A DNA stretch of 48,716 nucleotides from a virus (lineage: Duplodnaviria > Caudoviricetes). The notes beneath the pieces are model-generated. The model was not told the DNA's origin. It ran no database searches and saw only the letters and a list, made by a program, of their open reading frames with translations. This document shows, in pieces, positions 35,350 to 44,430 of the stretch; position 1 is the first letter of the stretch; the number at the start of each line of letters is the position of its first letter. The position numbers were made by a program, and so were the translations under genes. The DNA is taken from positions 1 through 48,716 of IMG/VR virus record IMGVR_UViG_3300017774_007358. One strand, given 5' to 3'.

Positions 35350-37014
35350 TTAGAATTTATCCAAAAGAATAGAAGAAAAATTATTTGTTTTGGCAACCTC
35401 TAATTTCCAATCGAATATTTCATGAGGCATTGGAGCATGGTTTATAACAAATATATTAAGACCCATATCTCTAGAACTTTTTTGGAGTATTTTTAAGATA
35501 GAATGGACTCCATCTGGATCTACTGAACTGAATAATTCATCAAGAAAAAGGAGATTTATAGAACTAAATTTTAATTTCATCAATTTCATGATAGAAATTA
35601 GGACAACAAAATCTATTTTTTTCATTTCTCCCGTGCTAAGGGTTTGGATAGGAATTTCGATACCCATATGATAAAGGGAAGCTTTAAATTCCTCATCAAA
35701 AATAATTTGATAATCCAAATGCATTTCCCTCATGAGATCAAATATTTCAGAGTTCAAAGAAGGTAATATGGTTTTAACTGCCATTTGTTTAACCCCTCTT
35801 TCCCCTAGAATATCATCTAATAACCTTAACCAATTATTTTTTTCTTCGGTTTTAAAAGATTCATCAGATAGATTTTCTCTATCACCTTCCATATTTTCTA
35901 TAATTCTTTTTAAAGCATGGATTTGCTTATCACTATCTTTGTTCTCTATTTTTTTAAGGTCCCTTATGACAGTGGATATTCGCGTTTCTATTTTTGCACC
36001 TTTAGAAATAAGATCATTTTTTCGAGTTTTAATTTCGTTTTCAGTAGATTTAAGGTCCGAAAGGGTAATTTCTAATTCTTTTATTTTAGTAAAATATTTT
36101 TCTCTTTCTTCGGTAAAAGAATCTTTAGCACACTTATGAAATTCTGTATCTAAAGAACTCTCGCATGTTGGACATTTATCTAACTCATATAATTTAAGTC
36201 TTCTAGAAAGATCTTGATATGCTGATTTATTTTCAACTAGGGTTTGATTTGATTCTTTAAGAATAGAATAAAAATCGGATTCATCTTTTTTAAAATCCTC
36301 TATGTGTTTGCTGTGTATGCCATGAAGGGTTTTAAATTTATTTAATTCCTCATTGAGATTATTTATCTCTTGCTTTGCTTCCTCTTCTATTTCTGTTAAA
36401 AGAGAATCCATTTCTTTATTGGATTTTGCTATGGAATTATTCATAGATTCTAGATTTCCTGATATAACATCAAGACGATCTTTTATTTTTTTAGATTCTT
36501 CTTTTAATGTATCCCGCATTCTATTTAAAATTTGGAATCCAAATATCTTGTCTACTATAGCTCTCTTGTCCTGTGGGCTCATTTTGATGAAAGACTTAAA
36601 ATCATTTATCGAAAGGGATATAGTGTTATTAAACACGTAATACGGGATGCCTATGAGGTCTTCAGTCAAGTAGTCTTGTACATTCCTAGATCCTGCCTGA
36701 TCATAAAGAACTCCGTTTAAAGAAAGATTAAGGTAAGAAGGTTCTAACCCTCTTTCCACTTTAATTATATTACCGTTAGCTTCAAATTCTATAGTAACTT
36801 CAGCATGCCCATTTATTCTATTTGGTATATCAGATAATTTTTTACCTTCTATTTTACCATAAAGTCCAAAAGTAATTACCTGAGATATAGAAGACTTACC
36901 AGCTCCATTTTCCCCTATAATTTGAAAAAGCCCATTTGCTTCTGTAAAAGATAGAGATTGTTTTTTATTACCATAAGAAGAAAAATTCTTCCATTCTATT
37001 TTCAATATTTTCAT
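35350..37014 (-). CDS. gp46: Recombination ATPase (gp46 / SbcC-Rad50-like)
   Basis: KNFSSYGN, GENGAGKS, zinc hook CPTC, LSTGE, LFLDE, INH. Confidence 0.93.
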   Translation of the reverse strand: MKILKIEWKNFSSYGNKKQSLSFTEANGLFQIIGENGAGKSSISQVITFGLYGKIEGKKLSDIPNRINGHAEVTIEFEANGNIIKVERGLEPSYLNLSLNGVLYDQAGSRNVQDYLTEDLIGIPYYVFNNTISLSINDFKSFIKMSPQDKRAIVDKIFGFQILNRMRDTLKEESKKIKDRLDVISGNLESMNNSIAKSNKEMDSLLTEIEEEAKQEINNLNEELNKFKTLHGIHSKHIEDFKKDESDFYSILKESNQTLVENKSAYQDLSRRLKLYELDKCPTCESSLDTEFHKCAKDSFTEEREKYFTKIKELEITLSDLKSTENEIKTRKNDLISKGAKIETRISTVIRDLKKIENKDSDKQIHALKRIIENMEGDRENLSDESFKTEEKNNWLRLLDDILGERGVKQMAVKTILPSLNSEIFDLMREMHLDYQIIFDEEFKASLYHMGIEIPIQTLSTGEMKKIDFVVLISIMKLMKLKFSSINLLFLDELFSSVDPDGVHSILKILQKSSRDMGLNIFVINHAPMPHEIFDWKLEVAKTNNFSSILLDKF

Positions 37015-38126
37015 TATCTTATAGGGTTTTGGTCCTGTTCGGCAACTAAATTATGTAATTTCTGTAAGCTTGAAAGGATTCTGCCTTTGGTTAAATCATC
37101 GGTATCCATTCCTTTAACATATTCATCTATGAAATCCATAACGTTAAATATTCTTCCCTCGGTATCTAATATCTGTTGGGTTAAATTATTTGCTTGATTA
37201 GGATCGTAAGGGTGAAAATTTACGGATCTTTGGCTTTGTATAGAATCAGTTAATATACTTAAAGGAGCTTTTAAAGACATAATAGGGTCTATCATTATGT
37301 CTATAAAATTATTTTTAAATTCTAATTCTAATTCATCTATAGTTTTTTCTAGTATCTGATCGAAAATGTATTTTTTAAATCTTGGAGAAAAATCATTAGA
37401 GAAAAATTTCTCTTCGTTTTTTTCTAGATCCAAAAGAAGTATTCCTTTAGGATTTCCCATATCTGATCTAGTCAGTTCATATGGAGATCCTAGCATTCTA
37501 ATATTACCTACTTCCTGTGCATAATGTATATGACCGGAATAAACTCTAGTGAATTTAGAGAATTTTTTAATTTCTGTTCCAGTCTCTACTTTTACATATC
37601 GGCTAAAACTTAATCCCCTAATGTCTGCATGACAGCAAAGATAATCATGGGGCTTTGCAAAATCCAAAGTTTCTTCTTCCTCCTTGTGATCTTTTCTCCA
37701 TGGCATCATAAAGAATTTCTTATCCCCCAGTATTAAAGTATGTGGATCTTCTAATATTGTTATGCCGGGTATCCATTTTATAGATTTCAAGGAATTTACG
37801 GTATTTGACATTTTACCAAATATATCGTGATTACCAACTATAAAATAAACTCCATCTTTAAAAATATTAGACATTTCTTCTACCACTTCAACGCCTAGAT
37901 TTAGAACTTTTAGGTTTATACTTTGACGTGAATCATAGAAATCGCCACAATGAATAAGAACATCTCCTGGTCTATAATTTTTCCTAACTAAAGGAAAAAA
38001 CCAATCGAAGAAATATTCTCTCATAATGGATTGCCATTCATTAGAGCTGTTACGAATACCTAAATGGGTATCCGTTATGAACCACACTCTCTTCCCGTTT
38101 AGATTTTTAATTATAGGGTATTTCAT
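37014..38126 (-). CDS. gp47: Recombination nuclease (gp47 / SbcD-Mre11-like)
   Basis: DTHLG, GDFYD, GNHD, SGHIH, GSPY. Confidence 0.93.
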   Translation of the reverse strand: MKYPIIKNLNGKRVWFITDTHLGIRNSSNEWQSIMREYFFDWFFPLVRKNYRPGDVLIHCGDFYDSRQSINLKVLNLGVEVVEEMSNIFKDGVYFIVGNHDIFGKMSNTVNSLKSIKWIPGITILEDPHTLILGDKKFFMMPWRKDHKEEEETLDFAKPHDYLCCHADIRGLSFSRYVKVETGTEIKKFSKFTRVYSGHIHYAQEVGNIRMLGSPYELTRSDMGNPKGILLLDLEKNEEKFFSNDFSPRFKKYIFDQILEKTIDELELEFKNNFIDIMIDPIMSLKAPLSILTDSIQSQRSVNFHPYDPNQANNLTQQILDTEGRIFNVMDFIDEYVKGMDTDDLTKGRILSSLQKLHNLVAEQDQNPIR

Positions 38127-38127
38127 A

Positions 38128-38595
38128 TTAAAAGAGTCTTTTTATCTTCTTTTTAGATAGAATATGGAACTTAGTTTCAAGTTCATTTATGACCATTTCC
38201 TTGTATTTTATAGGAATTATTTCATAAGCTTTTATGTAGCTAACCCCTATATAGTCGCATATAGATACAAATTTTTCAGAAAAAGAATATTCGGTCTCTT
38301 CTAATTTTTCTAGAACTTCTTCAAACACATAGGGAACTAGATCTTTTGGTATTTTCTTTTTATAATTTAATGGAAACCATCTAGATTCTTGAAATGCACT
38401 ATAAATTAGTTCTTCCAATCTTATTCTATGATTATGATCTTCTTCGTCATAATATTGGTCTAAATATGAGTTATCCGAATCTACCTCGTAGCTATCAACA
38501 TATTCATAATCTTTAGTAGGATTATTGTGTGCTCCCAAGATTTTATCACCTAAGACCTTCTGGGGCTGGGGTGCTTCTATTTTTTCTTCGCTCAT
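38128..38595 (-). CDS. Hypothetical protein, C-terminus weakly gp33-like
   Basis: Acidic N-terminus; ICDYIGV...IIP..YKE.V..E.....IL.KKK..RLF pattern. Confidence 0.55.
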   Translation of the reverse strand: MSEEKIEAPQPQKVLGDKILGAHNNPTKDYEYVDSYEVDSDNSYLDQYYDEEDHNHRIRLEELIYSAFQESRWFPLNYKKKIPKDLVPYVFEEVLEKLEETEYSFSEKFVSICDYIGVSYIKAYEIIPIKYKEMVINELETKFHILSKKKIKRLF

Positions 38596-38600
38596 ATTTT

Positions 38601-39902
38601 TTATTCTGTGTGCATAGGTCTAGATATATCCTCTATAATTCTCATGTATTTGTAATCTACATTAAAAATTTTATGAGAATTTTTATACCCATCTTCCCTA
38701 TTAGCCAATAGTTTTAATTTATATTCCCCATTGGAATACATTATAGGATCTTGTATAATACCAAACATTCCATCTACAGTCGCAACAAGACCTGATGATT
38801 CTGCTGCAGAGTTTATAGAAAGATCAGAGGCATCAAAATCTCCTTGTTTTGTTTGGGTTGCTGTTATTATTGCCCATTCATTTCTAACTGCCATTCCCCT
38901 TAAATCCTCTGCAATCTGTTTAATTTTCATATACGTATTCTCGGAATTTGGATTTCTCCAATTCTTCATAATATTAATATAATCAATTACGATTATTTTG
39001 AATTTAATTCCCCTTGTCTCTTCCACTTTTTTAAGGTAGTTTTCTATGTCATTAGTAGAAGCCTGGGAGGTTGGAAATTCTTTTATTAGGAATTGACCGG
39101 GTACACTAAAATTATCATAAGCAACATTATTAAGCTTCTTTTTCATTAGCTCTTCGTCGTTAGATATCTGATTGTATTCGGAAATAGGTATATTTAAAAG
39201 ATTAGATCCTACTCTTTTTGCATATTTTCTATCTCCCATCTCTAAAGATATGATAGCAACATTATGCCCTTTTTTCATTCCTTGAATGGCAAGATTACCC
39301 AACCAAAGGGATTTACCTACTTTAGGCATACCCATAAAAACATATAAAGCTTTGGCTGAAAATCCTCCACCTAATACAGTATCTATAAAAGGAAATCCGC
39401 TTGAAAAAGTTCTATGCGATAATTGTTTATGACTATCAGGATTGAAAAAATCTAGTCCCTCGTCAAAATTAAAATCTATATTATTTCTTTCTAGGATTAT
39501 TCTTTTGAAATTATCAATAACCCCTCTAATGTTCTCTGAATCTACAGGGCTTGATTGAATATACTTAAGTCCGTCTACTGCAGATTTAGTTAATGTTTTA
39601 TATTCTATAAAAAATTCGGTGGTTTCTTTCAACCAAACATCTTCGTATTTTCTTAGATCTATATTAAATAAAGATCTAATCTCATCTGGAGAAACATTAT
39701 CTGTCTTTCCCTGAATCTTAAAGGATTCTATTATCTGTTCGCATTTCGGTATTTCGTGGTATTTAACCCAGAAATCAGAAAATACTATCATTATCTCACT
39801 TAAAGAATCATTATTGAAATAAGAGGGTAGACAAGTTTCTAAATAGACAGGATTTTCTATTATGTACCTTAGCAATATATTTTCCGAATGAGAAAGCTCC
39901 AT
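38601..39902 (-). CDS. gp41: Replicative DnaB-type helicase (gp41-like)
   Basis: GMPKVGKS, SLEM, IKEFPT, IDYINIM, IAEDLRG, TATQT, AESSGL. Confidence 0.93.
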   Translation of the reverse strand: MELSHSENILLRYIIENPVYLETCLPSYFNNDSLSEIMIVFSDFWVKYHEIPKCEQIIESFKIQGKTDNVSPDEIRSLFNIDLRKYEDVWLKETTEFFIEYKTLTKSAVDGLKYIQSSPVDSENIRGVIDNFKRIILERNNIDFNFDEGLDFFNPDSHKQLSHRTFSSGFPFIDTVLGGGFSAKALYVFMGMPKVGKSLWLGNLAIQGMKKGHNVAIISLEMGDRKYAKRVGSNLLNIPISEYNQISNDEELMKKKLNNVAYDNFSVPGQFLIKEFPTSQASTNDIENYLKKVEETRGIKFKIIVIDYINIMKNWRNPNSENTYMKIKQIAEDLRGMAVRNEWAIITATQTKQGDFDASDLSINSAAESSGLVATVDGMFGIIQDPIMYSNGEYKLKLLANREDGYKNSHKIFNVDYKYMRIIEDISRPMHTE

Positions 39903-39911
39903 TAAAAGAAA

Positions 39912-40190
39912 TTAGTTTTTTAGTTTATACCACTTTTTAGACGCAGATGCCTTTTTAGTTTCCTCTATCAGACCTTCTTCAATCAATTCATTTACCAATC
40001 TTCCGTATTCTCCTTTTTCCCATTTAGGTCCAAAAACTGCATTTAGCGTTTGGTGAGAAAATTCGCCAGGTCTGGAATCCCTAACTAAAAAAGATTTTAT
40101 CTCATAAAGAGCATCTTCTTTAGTTGGGTATCCCGGTAGTGATTTCCAAAGGTTTAAAACGTATTTTAATTTAATTCTATTTCTATTCAT
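39912..40190 (-). CDS. Small hypothetical protein, possible winged helix
   Basis: LVNELIEEGLIE...KKWYKL; overlaps the UvsX stop. Confidence 0.6.
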   Translation of the reverse strand: MNRNRIKLKYVLNLWKSLPGYPTKEDALYEIKSFLVRDSRPGEFSHQTLNAVFGPKWEKGEYGRLVNELIEEGLIEETKKASASKKWYKLKN

Positions 40191-41367
40191 CCGAATCGTC
40201 TTCTGTTTCTATGTCTATTGAATTTACAATATCGGTATAATCCATAAGCTCTGGAAGATGGAATTTGCTTTTAATTACTTTATCGTCTAATTGCTCTAAT
40301 ACCTCCGGGGTAAACACTTTAGCTGTAAATAATTCCGAAGTGGTAACGGTTTTGCCTAAATGTTTTACTGCCCATCTTGTAGAAGAAGCATTGGCAGTAA
40401 ATTTAATTTCTTTTTTTCCATCTGGTCCTTTAACTTCTTCTAATTTACCCCTTTCTACTCCGCAGGCATCCCAAGTAACATAATCTTGTAGCCCTACATA
40501 AGGGTTCATACCGTTAGCAAAAGATATATGGAATTTAACGGGTTCGGGTACGGTAAATCGGCTTTTCTTTAGGTTCGAAGTTACAACGATACCGGTTTTG
40601 GTAGTACTTGATCCCTCTTTTAACTGAGCTTTAGACAAGAAAGATATCACTGACATGGCAAAAATAGGTCCATCACCTCCGGAACTTTCTTTGGTTGGCA
40701 TAAATCCTCCCCCTGTATAAACGTGATTAGTACAAATTAAAGGAATTTTTGCTGCAGTAAGATCAAGAGTAATAACTCTAAATAGCTTTCGAAGTTCTTT
40801 TGCTTTTGCACCCATATCTGCTGCATTGTGTCCTCTCATGGCATCAGCTAATTCTTTATCGGTAGAAAGCATTCCTAAAGAATCTAGTATTAAAAGAATT
40901 TTAGGGGATTCGCCTTTAGCTCTAGCTTTGTTTACCATATCAACTAGATTAGCAACAAAAGTTTGAAACTGGGAAACAGTTTTTATTGGTTGATATCGTA
41001 ATCTATTTGCATCAATACCAAATTTTAAAGCTCCTGTTTTATCAATAGCTCCCTCGGTATCACAATAGACAACATCATAACCTTTCTTTTGAGCTTCCCT
41101 AACAACATTAAGGCATACAAAAGATTTTCCAGTTCCTGGATCTCCCATAAGTCCAAAAGATCTAGTATTAGGGATTCCCCCAAAAAGAGATCCAGAGATC
41201 TGTGCATTAAGTAGATAATTACCCGTTGGTATCCATTCATCAACTTCGCTAAATGAATTGTTAGCTAGTAAGGAACCTAATTCAAACCCTTCTATTTTAG
41301 ATAACTCTTTGTCCAAGTCTAAAAAAGAAAAAGGCTTATTTGATTGTGCGATTTGAGATTTTGCCAT
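40183..41367 (-). CDS. uvsX: UvsX/RecA recombinase
   Basis: IPTG, GDPGTGKS, DTEGA, LDSLG, DMG, TNHVY, SGG, KSRF. Confidence 0.93.
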   Translation of the reverse strand: MAKSQIAQSNKPFSFLDLDKELSKIEGFELGSLLANNSFSEVDEWIPTGNYLLNAQISGSLFGGIPNTRSFGLMGDPGTGKSFVCLNVVREAQKKGYDVVYCDTEGAIDKTGALKFGIDANRLRYQPIKTVSQFQTFVANLVDMVNKARAKGESPKILLILDSLGMLSTDKELADAMRGHNAADMGAKAKELRKLFRVITLDLTAAKIPLICTNHVYTGGGFMPTKESSGGDGPIFAMSVISFLSKAQLKEGSSTTKTGIVVTSNLKKSRFTVPEPVKFHISFANGMNPYVGLQDYVTWDACGVERGKLEEVKGPDGKKEIKFTANASSTRWAVKHLGKTVTTSELFTAKVFTPEVLEQLDDKVIKSKFHLPELMDYTDIVNSIDIETEDDSDE

Positions 41368-41382
41368 ATATTAATTTTATAT

Positions 41383-41411
41383 GTTATAGTAAATTTATGT
41401 CTTTTAGTTTC
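41383..41411 (-). promoter_or_regulatory. Putative middle promoter GAAAC-N18-TATAAC
   Basis: Upstream of the uvsX-gp41-gp47-gp46 operon. Confidence 0.55.
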
Positions 41412-41458
41412 TTTTTTATCCCATTCAGAAATATTCCGGGAAAGTGTGTGTAAAGAAA

Positions 41459-41466
41459 GATATATA
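41459..41466 (+). promoter_or_regulatory. Putative late promoter GATATATA
   Basis: Plus-strand copy upstream of the plus-strand island. Confidence 0.5.
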
Positions 41467-41481
41467 TGTAAAATAGGTCAA

Positions 41482-41691
41482 ATGGAATATCAAGAATTTA
41501 TAAACATAAATGCAAGAGTATCCGGATCATTGTCTAGAGAAAATTATGTAAAAAATAAATACCCTGAATGGTACATAGAACTTTGCAAATTTAGGGAAGA
41601 TTTAGAAGCCAAAGGAATAAAAGAATCTGCGACGAGAAAACAATTAAAAGATATAGAAAATACATTTACATGTATTTGGATAGGATGTTGA
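41482..41691 (+). CDS. Small hypothetical protein, possibly a gene remnant
   Basis: In-frame ATG at 41482 (MEYQEFIN...) after GATATATA is a better start than the track's 41344. Confidence 0.45.
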   Translation: MEYQEFININARVSGSLSRENYVKNKYPEWYIELCKFREDLEAKGIKESATRKQLKDIENTFTCIWIGC

Positions 41692-41771
41692 ACTAGGGGA
41701 GAAAGAAAATATAGAGAAAAATAAACATTTTATTCTTTATTTTAATATATAATAAAAAAGATTATTAAAAA

Positions 41772-42293
41772 ATGAAAAACATAGAGGAATTTAAAAATTA
41801 TCAATTAACTAACGAAGGATTTGGTTTGGCTCTTATCGCTGGAGTTTTTGGAGCTATATTTGCACCAAGCATTTATAGAGAAGCAAAGAACTTTTGGTCT
41901 AAAAATTTTATTGGTTCTAAGTATAAAGAAACTGGCAACGTAGAGAAAGTTGTTTGTCAGTTTAATCCAAGTAATATTTCAATAGCCGTTAAATCTTTAA
42001 CAAAATCTGAAAGAGAAAGAGGCGAAGTTGAAATTACTCTAAAAGAGTATGAAGATATTTTTGGAACTACTTGTTATGGATACGAGCATGCACAAGGCAG
42101 TGGATCAGTAGGGGAAAAAGAAGAGTTTTACACTGCAATGTATAGAGCAGAAGATTTACTTGTTCTTAAAGAGTGGTTAGCTGATGGCAAAAGATACGCT
42201 GGTAAAGGTAGTACTCTTCGAATCAAACCAGTAGATCTTATTTATGTTGGAGATATCAGATATATGAGTTCAAGCGGAACACCAATCGGATAG
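41772..42293 (+). CDS. Hypothetical protein with capsid-targeting-like leader and one TM segment
   Basis: MKNIEEFKNYQLTNE followed by GFGLALIAGVFGAIFA. Confidence 0.7.
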   Translation: MKNIEEFKNYQLTNEGFGLALIAGVFGAIFAPSIYREAKNFWSKNFIGSKYKETGNVEKVVCQFNPSNISIAVKSLTKSERERGEVEITLKEYEDIFGTTCYGYEHAQGSGSVGEKEEFYTAMYRAEDLLVLKEWLADGKRYAGKGSTLRIKPVDLIYVGDIRYMSSSGTPIG

Positions 42294-42337
42294 TAAAGTA
42301 TTAAAACCTCAGACTCTCTGAGGTAAGAGCTATAATC

Positions 42338-42365
42338 GGAACATTCACAACTATTTCTGTATAAC
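42338..42365 (+). promoter_or_regulatory. Putative middle promoter GGAAC-N17-TATAAC
   Basis: Upstream of the small plus-strand membrane genes. Confidence 0.55.
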
Positions 42366-42381
42366 AGAGTAAATCTTAGCC

Positions 42382-42573
42382 ATGTCAAATTCAGGTATCA
42401 CATTTCATAGATTCATCACTTTCCTGCTTATGATTATTGTGCTTATTGTTCTGGTAAATTCTCTACCTCGATTGATCATGTATGGCATCGCAGGTTGGCA
42501 ACTTGGAGCTTGGGGCAAGATCTTATACGATTGGATAATGGAGAAAACTATTGATTCATCTGGGGAGGAGTAG
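42382..42573 (+). CDS. Small two-TM membrane protein
   Basis: Two hydrophobic segments; promoter motif upstream. Confidence 0.6.
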   Translation: MSNSGITFHRFITFLLMIIVLIVLVNSLPRLIMYGIAGWQLGAWGKILYDWIMEKTIDSSGEE

Positions 42574-42619
42574 AATTATGTTCCGTCTCTTTTGATACAT
42601 AAGATAAAATAAGAAATAT

Positions 42620-42778
42620 ATGAAAAATTCAGATCCAATGAATCCATTTTATTTTCTGGGAGTGCTCCTTATTCAGACTTTAATTGTAATCATGCTCTCA
42701 TCATGTAAGTCTGCTAAGACTTCTCCTTGTGATGCCTATGGTGATCTTAAGTGTGAGGGTAAAAAGACAACCAAATAA
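42620..42778 (+). CDS. Small lipoprotein (52 aa), not in ORF track
   Basis: MKNSDPMNPFYFLGVLLIQTLIVIMLSSC-KSAKTSPCDAYGDLKCEGKKTTK*: hydrophobic signal plus LSSC lipobox; stop 2 nt before the next ATG. Confidence 0.7.
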   Translation: MKNSDPMNPFYFLGVLLIQTLIVIMLSSCKSAKTSPCDAYGDLKCEGKKTTK

Positions 42779-42780
42779 AA

Positions 42781-42978
42781 ATGGATAAAATCAAACACCA
42801 TACTGTACAGGAAACATCAGTGCCTGTTAGCACTCCTCATGGAGACGGAGAGATACAGGCTTTATATATTTCAGAACTTGGGTTTCTAATGGCCAAAGTT
42901 TACTTTAAAGAGAATGGGGTTTGGATGACATGGAATCTAGGTCAGTACGACATTAGAAAATCTCCTCTTGTCATATAA
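42781..42978 (+). CDS. Small hypothetical protein
   Basis: AAAATG start, tightly packed behind the lipoprotein gene. Confidence 0.65.
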   Translation: MDKIKHHTVQETSVPVSTPHGDGEIQALYISELGFLMAKVYFKENGVWMTWNLGQYDIRKSPLVI

Positions 42979-43084
42979 TACGAAGTTTGCGTTTTGGGTA
43001 TTAGACTCTCTTAGATATAAGATCATCCCCGGGTAATTAGATAATTATCTTAGTTGGTTTTTTGATAAAAAGTTTCGGACCCCT

Positions 43085-44422
43085 CTATTTTTTCTCTCCT
43101 TTGGTGTATTCTTGATTATTACAATAGCCAAAAATCGTGTCTATTATATCTGCTACTTTACCCAGGTCTTCTATATCCTTAGGGTCTAATATCCCCTTGT
43201 TATCATTAACTTTCTTGTCAAGTTCTGCTTTAGCATTTGATAATTTTCTTTGAGAATTAATATCGCAAGCAGTTTTAGCATCTACTGAATCTAATTCTGC
43301 TTGGGCTTTTTCCATTTCTTCCTTGACAATTTTTTGTATTCCCGCCCCAGAATTTCTGCCTATTATTTCATCGATAAGGGCTTTTATTTTTGCTTTACGG
43401 TTCTCCATTTCTGTTCCTATGACCGCTTTTTGCTCATCCGTTATTTTCACCTCTACCACTTGGTCCTTAGGATCTGGCTTGTAGTTTTTATATCCTGGAC
43501 TATAAGATGCTAATATCATAACAAAATTCATATATTTTTTATCCGCTAATGGATCTTTTTCATTAAAATCTTGTTGCGTTACTCTTTCTATAAAAGGCAT
43601 AGCTTTTACTAGAAGTTCTTTTCGGTATCCTCTTTGGACATCGGTCGGATCCTCTTCCCCATCTTCTCCTCCACCCCATTTTTCTTTAATATCTTTTTGT
43701 GTTTCCCCTACAATCATTCCTAGATAATAGAATATTCCCATCCTTAATCTAGCTACTTCCTCCTTTCTTTTTTTGTTATCCTCCTCTATCTCTTTTTTCC
43801 GTTTTTTCCAATCATCATCTGACATATCTTTGGGTCTGTCAGAATCTTCTGCCCCGATCTTCTTGGCAGTTATATCATATTTTTTACTATTGATCTCGTT
43901 GTTCTCCGTGAGGTCTGTATTTGCCCTAGCCCTACCTACTTTTATTTCTTTATCCCTCATAGATGCAATCTTAAGTATCCTTTGGGTTCCTGTTACTCTT
44001 AGAGATTCTGCAGTTTCGAAATATGTATTAGCTATTCTATACGAGTCCTCTTCCCCTAGAGATTCTATTCTAGCTTCTTGTAGATCCAATAAAAGACCTC
44101 CAGTCTTTTCTGGATCGTCCCCCATTATTATTTTTTTTTGTTTTAATAACTCTGCTTGTACAGTTGGATCCTCCCATGGGTAATCCTGGTATTCTTCTTT
44201 ATATTTTCTTAAAATAGCTTGACAATCTTTTAGACTTTTCCTAATCGCCCCAAATGTATTAACCCCACCAAAACCTTCTGTCCCAAATGTCTCAATTAAA
44301 GTTCTAGTACATATTTCATCCAAATTTTTCAATTCAGCATTAAATTGCCCCTGCGTTGGATAGGGAAGAGATTTTTTAGGGTCTTTTTTTTCTAATAATA
44401 TTTCAAGTAAAGATCTAGGCAT
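43085..44422 (-). CDS. Large charged helical protein, putative head-internal/ejected protein
   Basis: N-terminus MPRSLLEILLE; in a late operon. Confidence 0.6.
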   Translation of the reverse strand: MPRSLLEILLEKKDPKKSLPYPTQGQFNAELKNLDEICTRTLIETFGTEGFGGVNTFGAIRKSLKDCQAILRKYKEEYQDYPWEDPTVQAELLKQKKIIMGDDPEKTGGLLLDLQEARIESLGEEDSYRIANTYFETAESLRVTGTQRILKIASMRDKEIKVGRARANTDLTENNEINSKKYDITAKKIGAEDSDRPKDMSDDDWKKRKKEIEEDNKKRKEEVARLRMGIFYYLGMIVGETQKDIKEKWGGGEDGEEDPTDVQRGYRKELLVKAMPFIERVTQQDFNEKDPLADKKYMNFVMILASYSPGYKNYKPDPKDQVVEVKITDEQKAVIGTEMENRKAKIKALIDEIIGRNSGAGIQKIVKEEMEKAQAELDSVDAKTACDINSQRKLSNAKAELDKKVNDNKGILDPKDIEDLGKVADIIDTIFGYCNNQEYTKGEKK

Positions 44423-44430
44423 TATTCTTC

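Noticed and set aside
41025-41243. 72-aa alternative-frame ORF inside uvsX
   Set aside because: Fully nested in a conserved gene, with no supporting signals
27480-41367. Inteins or introns in terminase, helicase or UvsX
   Set aside because: Proteins have normal lengths and contiguous motifs; no splice-junction signatures seen
41344-41481. N-terminal extension of the 41344..41691 ORF
   Set aside because: Overlaps the uvsX start and the divergent promoter region; ATG 41482 fits better
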